IMG/VR virus record: IMGVR_UViG_3300007102_000044
Coordinates: 104,254-130,519 of that record
From: a virus
DNA length: 26,266 nt
Strand: one strand, 5' to 3'
This document shows, piece by piece, positions 23,376-26,266 of the stretch. Position 1 is the first letter of the stretch; each line of letters starts with the position of its first letter. Position numbers and translations under genes: made by a program. The notes beneath the pieces are model-generated. The model made no database searches and was not told where the DNA came from. It worked only from the letters and a program-made list of their open reading frames with translations.

Positions 23376-24616
23376 GTATACCAAGAAGAAATAATCAATA
23401 TATACAATTTGGTGATACCCCTTCAGTTGATGCGTTTGGAAAAGCAAGAGTATCAGAGGCGGTAACACTTTTTGATTCTCAGTTAGAGTATTGGGATTAT
23501 GCCCCACTATGGCATACAATTTTTGATGTTGGTGCTACTGGAACGACTACACATCTACCTAATGAAGCTAGTTTAAGTCTTAATACAACTGGTGATATAG
23601 GTTCTAAGGTTATTAGACAGACAAAAGAATATTTTAGATACAATCCAGCAAAAAGTCAATTTATAAATCTATCATGTGTGATGGGTGCTAACTCTTTAGG
23701 TGTTAGAAAGAGGGTTGGATATTTTGATGAAAAGAATGGTGTTTATTTTGAGAAAGGTGCGGATAATATAAATTATGTTGTTCTCAGAAGTTATACCACT
23801 GGTTCTGTGTCTGAAAAGCGTATACCCCAAAGTGAATGGAATCTTGATAATCTTGATGGTGATTCTAATGGTGGTGTTGATATAGAATTTGACTTTTCTA
23901 AGGCACAAATTTTTGTGATTGATATGGAATGGCTTGGTGTTGGTAGAGTTAGATGTGGTTTCAATATTGATGGTCTGATTATATATGTTCATGAATTTAA
24001 GAATTCAAATATTAATGATTCTGTTTATATGACTACTGCTAATTTACCTGTTAGATATGAAATAGAAAATATTAGTTCAACAGAGCCATGTTCAATGAAA
24101 CAAATATGTTCATCTGTTATGTCTGAAGGTGGTGTTTCTGATGTTGCTGGATGTTTTAGAAGTGCTGATTCAGGCACAACTTTAAAAGCAGTTTCTAATG
24201 GTGTTAGAACACCTATCGTTTCTGTTAGACCAAAAACACATTTTAATGGTAAAGAAAACAGAGGCATTATTAAACCACAATCATATCAACTTTTTAATAA
24301 TGGTAACTATGGATGTTATATTGAGATTGTTTTAAATGGAACATTAACTGGTGCTAATTTTGTTGGTATAGATACAGATTGTATAGGTGAAAAAGATATT
24401 AGCGCAACAGCTATAACAGGTGGAACAGTTATTTTTTCAGGTTATATTGGTGCTACAAATACTTCACCAGTAACAGGACTTGCTTCAGCAAAGTCTAAAA
24501 AAGTTCTAACAGTTAATTATGATGCAACCGATTCTGAAACATTAACAATTGTTGTTACTCCTATTGGTGGTAATACAACAATTGCTGGTGCTATAGAAAT
24601 ATTAAGCTTATTCTAA
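23372..24616 (+). CDS. Conserved beta-rich hypothetical protein, probable virion protein
   Basis: DAFGKARVS..TLFDS, RQTKEYFRY.P.KS, DMEWLGVGRVRCGF and YMTTANLPVRYEI: a motif set I recall from uncultured virus hypothetical proteins. Function unknown. Confidence 0.75.
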   Translation: MSIPRRNNQYIQFGDTPSVDAFGKARVSEAVTLFDSQLEYWDYAPLWHTIFDVGATGTTTHLPNEASLSLNTTGDIGSKVIRQTKEYFRYNPAKSQFINLSCVMGANSLGVRKRVGYFDEKNGVYFEKGADNINYVVLRSYTTGSVSEKRIPQSEWNLDNLDGDSNGGVDIEFDFSKAQIFVIDMEWLGVGRVRCGFNIDGLIIYVHEFKNSNINDSVYMTTANLPVRYEIENISSTEPCSMKQICSSVMSEGGVSDVAGCFRSADSGTTLKAVSNGVRTPIVSVRPKTHFNGKENRGIIKPQSYQLFNNGNYGCYIEIVLNGTLTGANFVGIDTDCIGEKDISATAITGGTVIFSGYIGATNTSPVTGLASAKSKKVLTVNYDATDSETLTIVVTPIGGNTTIAGAIEILSLF

Positions 24617-24624
24617 GGTGAATA

Positions 24625-25335
24625 ATGATTACAACAAAGGCTCAATTTAAAACATATATACTTGAAGAGTTGGGAAGTCCAAACATTAACATAGAAATAA
24701 CTGATAATCAGTTGGAACATGTTATACAGGATGGATTGGATAGATTCTATGAACATCATGTAGATGGTCTTGATAACGGTATATTGATTGTGGATACTAA
24801 TTCTGATACAAATGAATATACACTACCAGATGAAATATATACAGTTGAATATGTTTTTCCAGAAAGAGAAGTTTTAAATGATGAACCATTGCTTGTAACA
24901 CAGCCTATGTATGTAAATGAGTTTGTCTATTATTCTGGTGGCTATTCTCTTGTAGATACTGTTATATCCAGAATGAGGTATGAAGAAACAGCTAATTACT
25001 TTGACAAAAAGCTTTTATTTGATTATAATGGTACAACAAAAAGATTTTATCTTTATGATGTTTCAGATATAGTTGGTAATAAAGTTGCTTTGTTTGTGCA
25101 TAAGATTCCAAATGTTGAAACAATATATAACAACAGATGGCTTAAGCAGTATACAATAGCACTTGCTGGTATAGTATGGGGTAGAAACATTAGTAAATAT
25201 GATGGTTCTCCATTACCTTCGGGTATATCTATAAATTGGCAGAATATACAGTCACAGTATAAAGAAATGAAAGATGAGCTTGAAGCACAACTTTTAGATG
25301 AATATGCTGGTAATGTTGATATGTTTTGGGCTTGA
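24625..25335 (+). CDS. Neck protein, T4 gp13-like
   Basis: FKTYILEELGSPNINIEITDNQL, FYEHHVDG, YNNRWLKQY and WGRNISKY...LPSG. Confidence 0.93.
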   Translation: MITTKAQFKTYILEELGSPNINIEITDNQLEHVIQDGLDRFYEHHVDGLDNGILIVDTNSDTNEYTLPDEIYTVEYVFPEREVLNDEPLLVTQPMYVNEFVYYSGGYSLVDTVISRMRYEETANYFDKKLLFDYNGTTKRFYLYDVSDIVGNKVALFVHKIPNVETIYNNRWLKQYTIALAGIVWGRNISKYDGSPLPSGISINWQNIQSQYKEMKDELEAQLLDEYAGNVDMFWA

Positions 25336-25337
25336 CA

Positions 25338-25931
25338 ATGTTTAATTTTTTTGATAATAATCAAGAGTATGATTTGTATAATAATATGTCTGCTGAATGT
25401 GTTGACCTGTATGGTGCGCCTGTAAAGTATTTACCACGCACACTTGTCAATCCTGATTATATACTTGGTGAAGATACTTTATCACAGTTTAATCAAGCTA
25501 TAGATATGAAATTATATTTGGAGTCATATACAGAATTTGCTGGTCAAAATGATTTATATGGTAAATTTGGATTTCAAGTTGATGACAGACAAACATGGAC
25601 GGCACAAATAGACTATGTGGATAATTTGTTAGGTGGTAAACCACAAGTTTCAGACTTGATTTATTTTGAATTTGCTGATAAGATAATGGAAATAAAACAT
25701 ATTGAAGATGAACATACAGCTTTTTATATATTTGGTAAAAAGATGGTATACAAATTTGATGTTGTAGAATTTGAATATAGTCATGAAGATTTTAACACTG
25801 GTAACACTGATATTGATGCAGTTGAAAATCTTTTTGATATAAATAATAGTGATGAATCTGATGAATTTGATGCTCAAAAGTCTGATGTGTTGAATTTTGA
25901 TGAAAACAATATATTTGGTAATATCGAATAA
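25338..25931 (+). CDS. Neck protein, T4 gp14-like
   Basis: YG.PVKYLPR, D.ILGED..S.F, KFG, P...DLIYF, EIKHIEDE and FEYSHEDFNTG...ID. ATG 25338 preferred over TTG 25326. Confidence 0.93.
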   Translation: MFNFFDNNQEYDLYNNMSAECVDLYGAPVKYLPRTLVNPDYILGEDTLSQFNQAIDMKLYLESYTEFAGQNDLYGKFGFQVDDRQTWTAQIDYVDNLLGGKPQVSDLIYFEFADKIMEIKHIEDEHTAFYIFGKKMVYKFDVVEFEYSHEDFNTGNTDIDAVENLFDINNSDESDEFDAQKSDVLNFDENNIFGNIE

Positions 25932-25947
25932 AGGAGGATATTAAGAG

Positions 25948-26266
25948 ATGAAAAAGAGATACTTTAATGCACTAGGTGTGCCAACAAACCTAGTTGTTGA
26001 CAATCATGATAGGAAACTTCCTATTAAAGTTGGTGAAAATTTTGTAGATGAGAAAGTTGCTAAAAAATTCCCATCAATACTTATTCCTATTCCTGAAAAG
26101 GTTGAAGAAGATGTGCAAGAAGAAGCATCTGTAATTGTTGAACAGGATGAATCTGATGCTGAATCTGGTGTAATTCAGGATGTTGCTGAATCTGATGAAC
26201 AGGATGAATCTGATGAACAGGATGAATCTGATGAACAGGATGAATCTGATGAACAGGATGAATCTG
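25948..26266 (+). CDS. Acidic repeat-containing hypothetical protein (partial, runs off window)
   Basis: AAGGAGG SD, then MKKRYFNALGVPTNLVVDNHDRKLPIKVGENFVDEKVAKKFPSILIPIPEK, an E/D-rich tail and (ESDEQD)n. No stop before the window end. Confidence 0.75.
   Translation, partial: MKKRYFNALGVPTNLVVDNHDRKLPIKVGENFVDEKVAKKFPSILIPIPEKVEEDVQEEASVIVEQDESDAESGVIQDVAESDEQDESDEQDESDEQDESDEQDES
26188..26266 (+). repeat. 18-bp perfect tandem repeat GAATCTGATGAACAGGAT
   Basis: Four full copies plus 7 nt to the window edge. A further permuted copy lies at 26140-26157. In frame, encoding ESDEQD. Confidence 0.95.

Noticed and set aside
25332-25361. TTGACA at the gp13/gp14 junction as a sigma70 promoter
   Set aside because: No convincing -10 hexamer at 17-nt spacing. 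The hexamer arises from the stop codon context.
4243-25845. Internal TATAAATA octamers (4243, 11226, 22683, 25838)
   Set aside because: They lie inside coding regions, and several are expected by chance at this AT content.
2504-25877. Other minus-strand and alternate-frame ORFs in the track (e.g. 2504-2842, 3225-3554, 5921-6226, 7566-7775, 25053-25364)
   Set aside because: All overlap confident + strand genes and have no recognisable motifs; most show the Ser/Ile/Phe-rich composition of shadow ORFs.
26140-26266. Possible CRISPR array
   Set aside because: Head-to-tail 18-bp repeats with no spacers, in frame within an ORF.
1-26266. Stop-codon recoding, introns or inteins
   Set aside because: Core genes are uninterrupted in the standard code, and TAA, TGA and TAG all terminate genes at expected positions.

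Overview
AT-rich (roughly 30% GC by eye) segment of a divergent T4-like myophage genome, with all but one gene on the + strand. Gene order: probable gp3 C-terminus, uvsY, uvsW, gp4, an Acb1/gp57B-type 2H phosphodiesterase (anti-CBASS), gp2, head module (gp20, small gp67-like ORF, gp21, gp22, gp23), one oppositely oriented small gene with its own sigma70 promoter, a simplified baseplate (gp48, gp53, gp27, lysozyme-less gp5, gp25, gp6, short gp7), three paralogous tailspike-type genes, a contiguous lysis cluster (M15 peptidase endolysin, membrane-anchored coiled coil, Rz/Rz1 spanins, putative holin), a 414 aa conserved unknown, neck gp13/gp14, and an acidic ORF that runs off the window in an 18-bp tandem repeat. 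The spanin lipobox points to a Gram-negative host. The capsid protein resembles Campylobacter-phage gp23 more than T4 gp23. The most notable signals are (i) a 17-nt motif AGATAAATAATAAAAAG upstream of six late genes, a probable non-canonical late promoter; (ii) no GATC found in 26 kb; (iii) Acb1 inside a late head-associated operon next to an ORF with a capsid-targeting-like N-terminus, suggesting a virion-delivered counter-defence payload. All family assignments come from motif recognition and recall; no database search was run.
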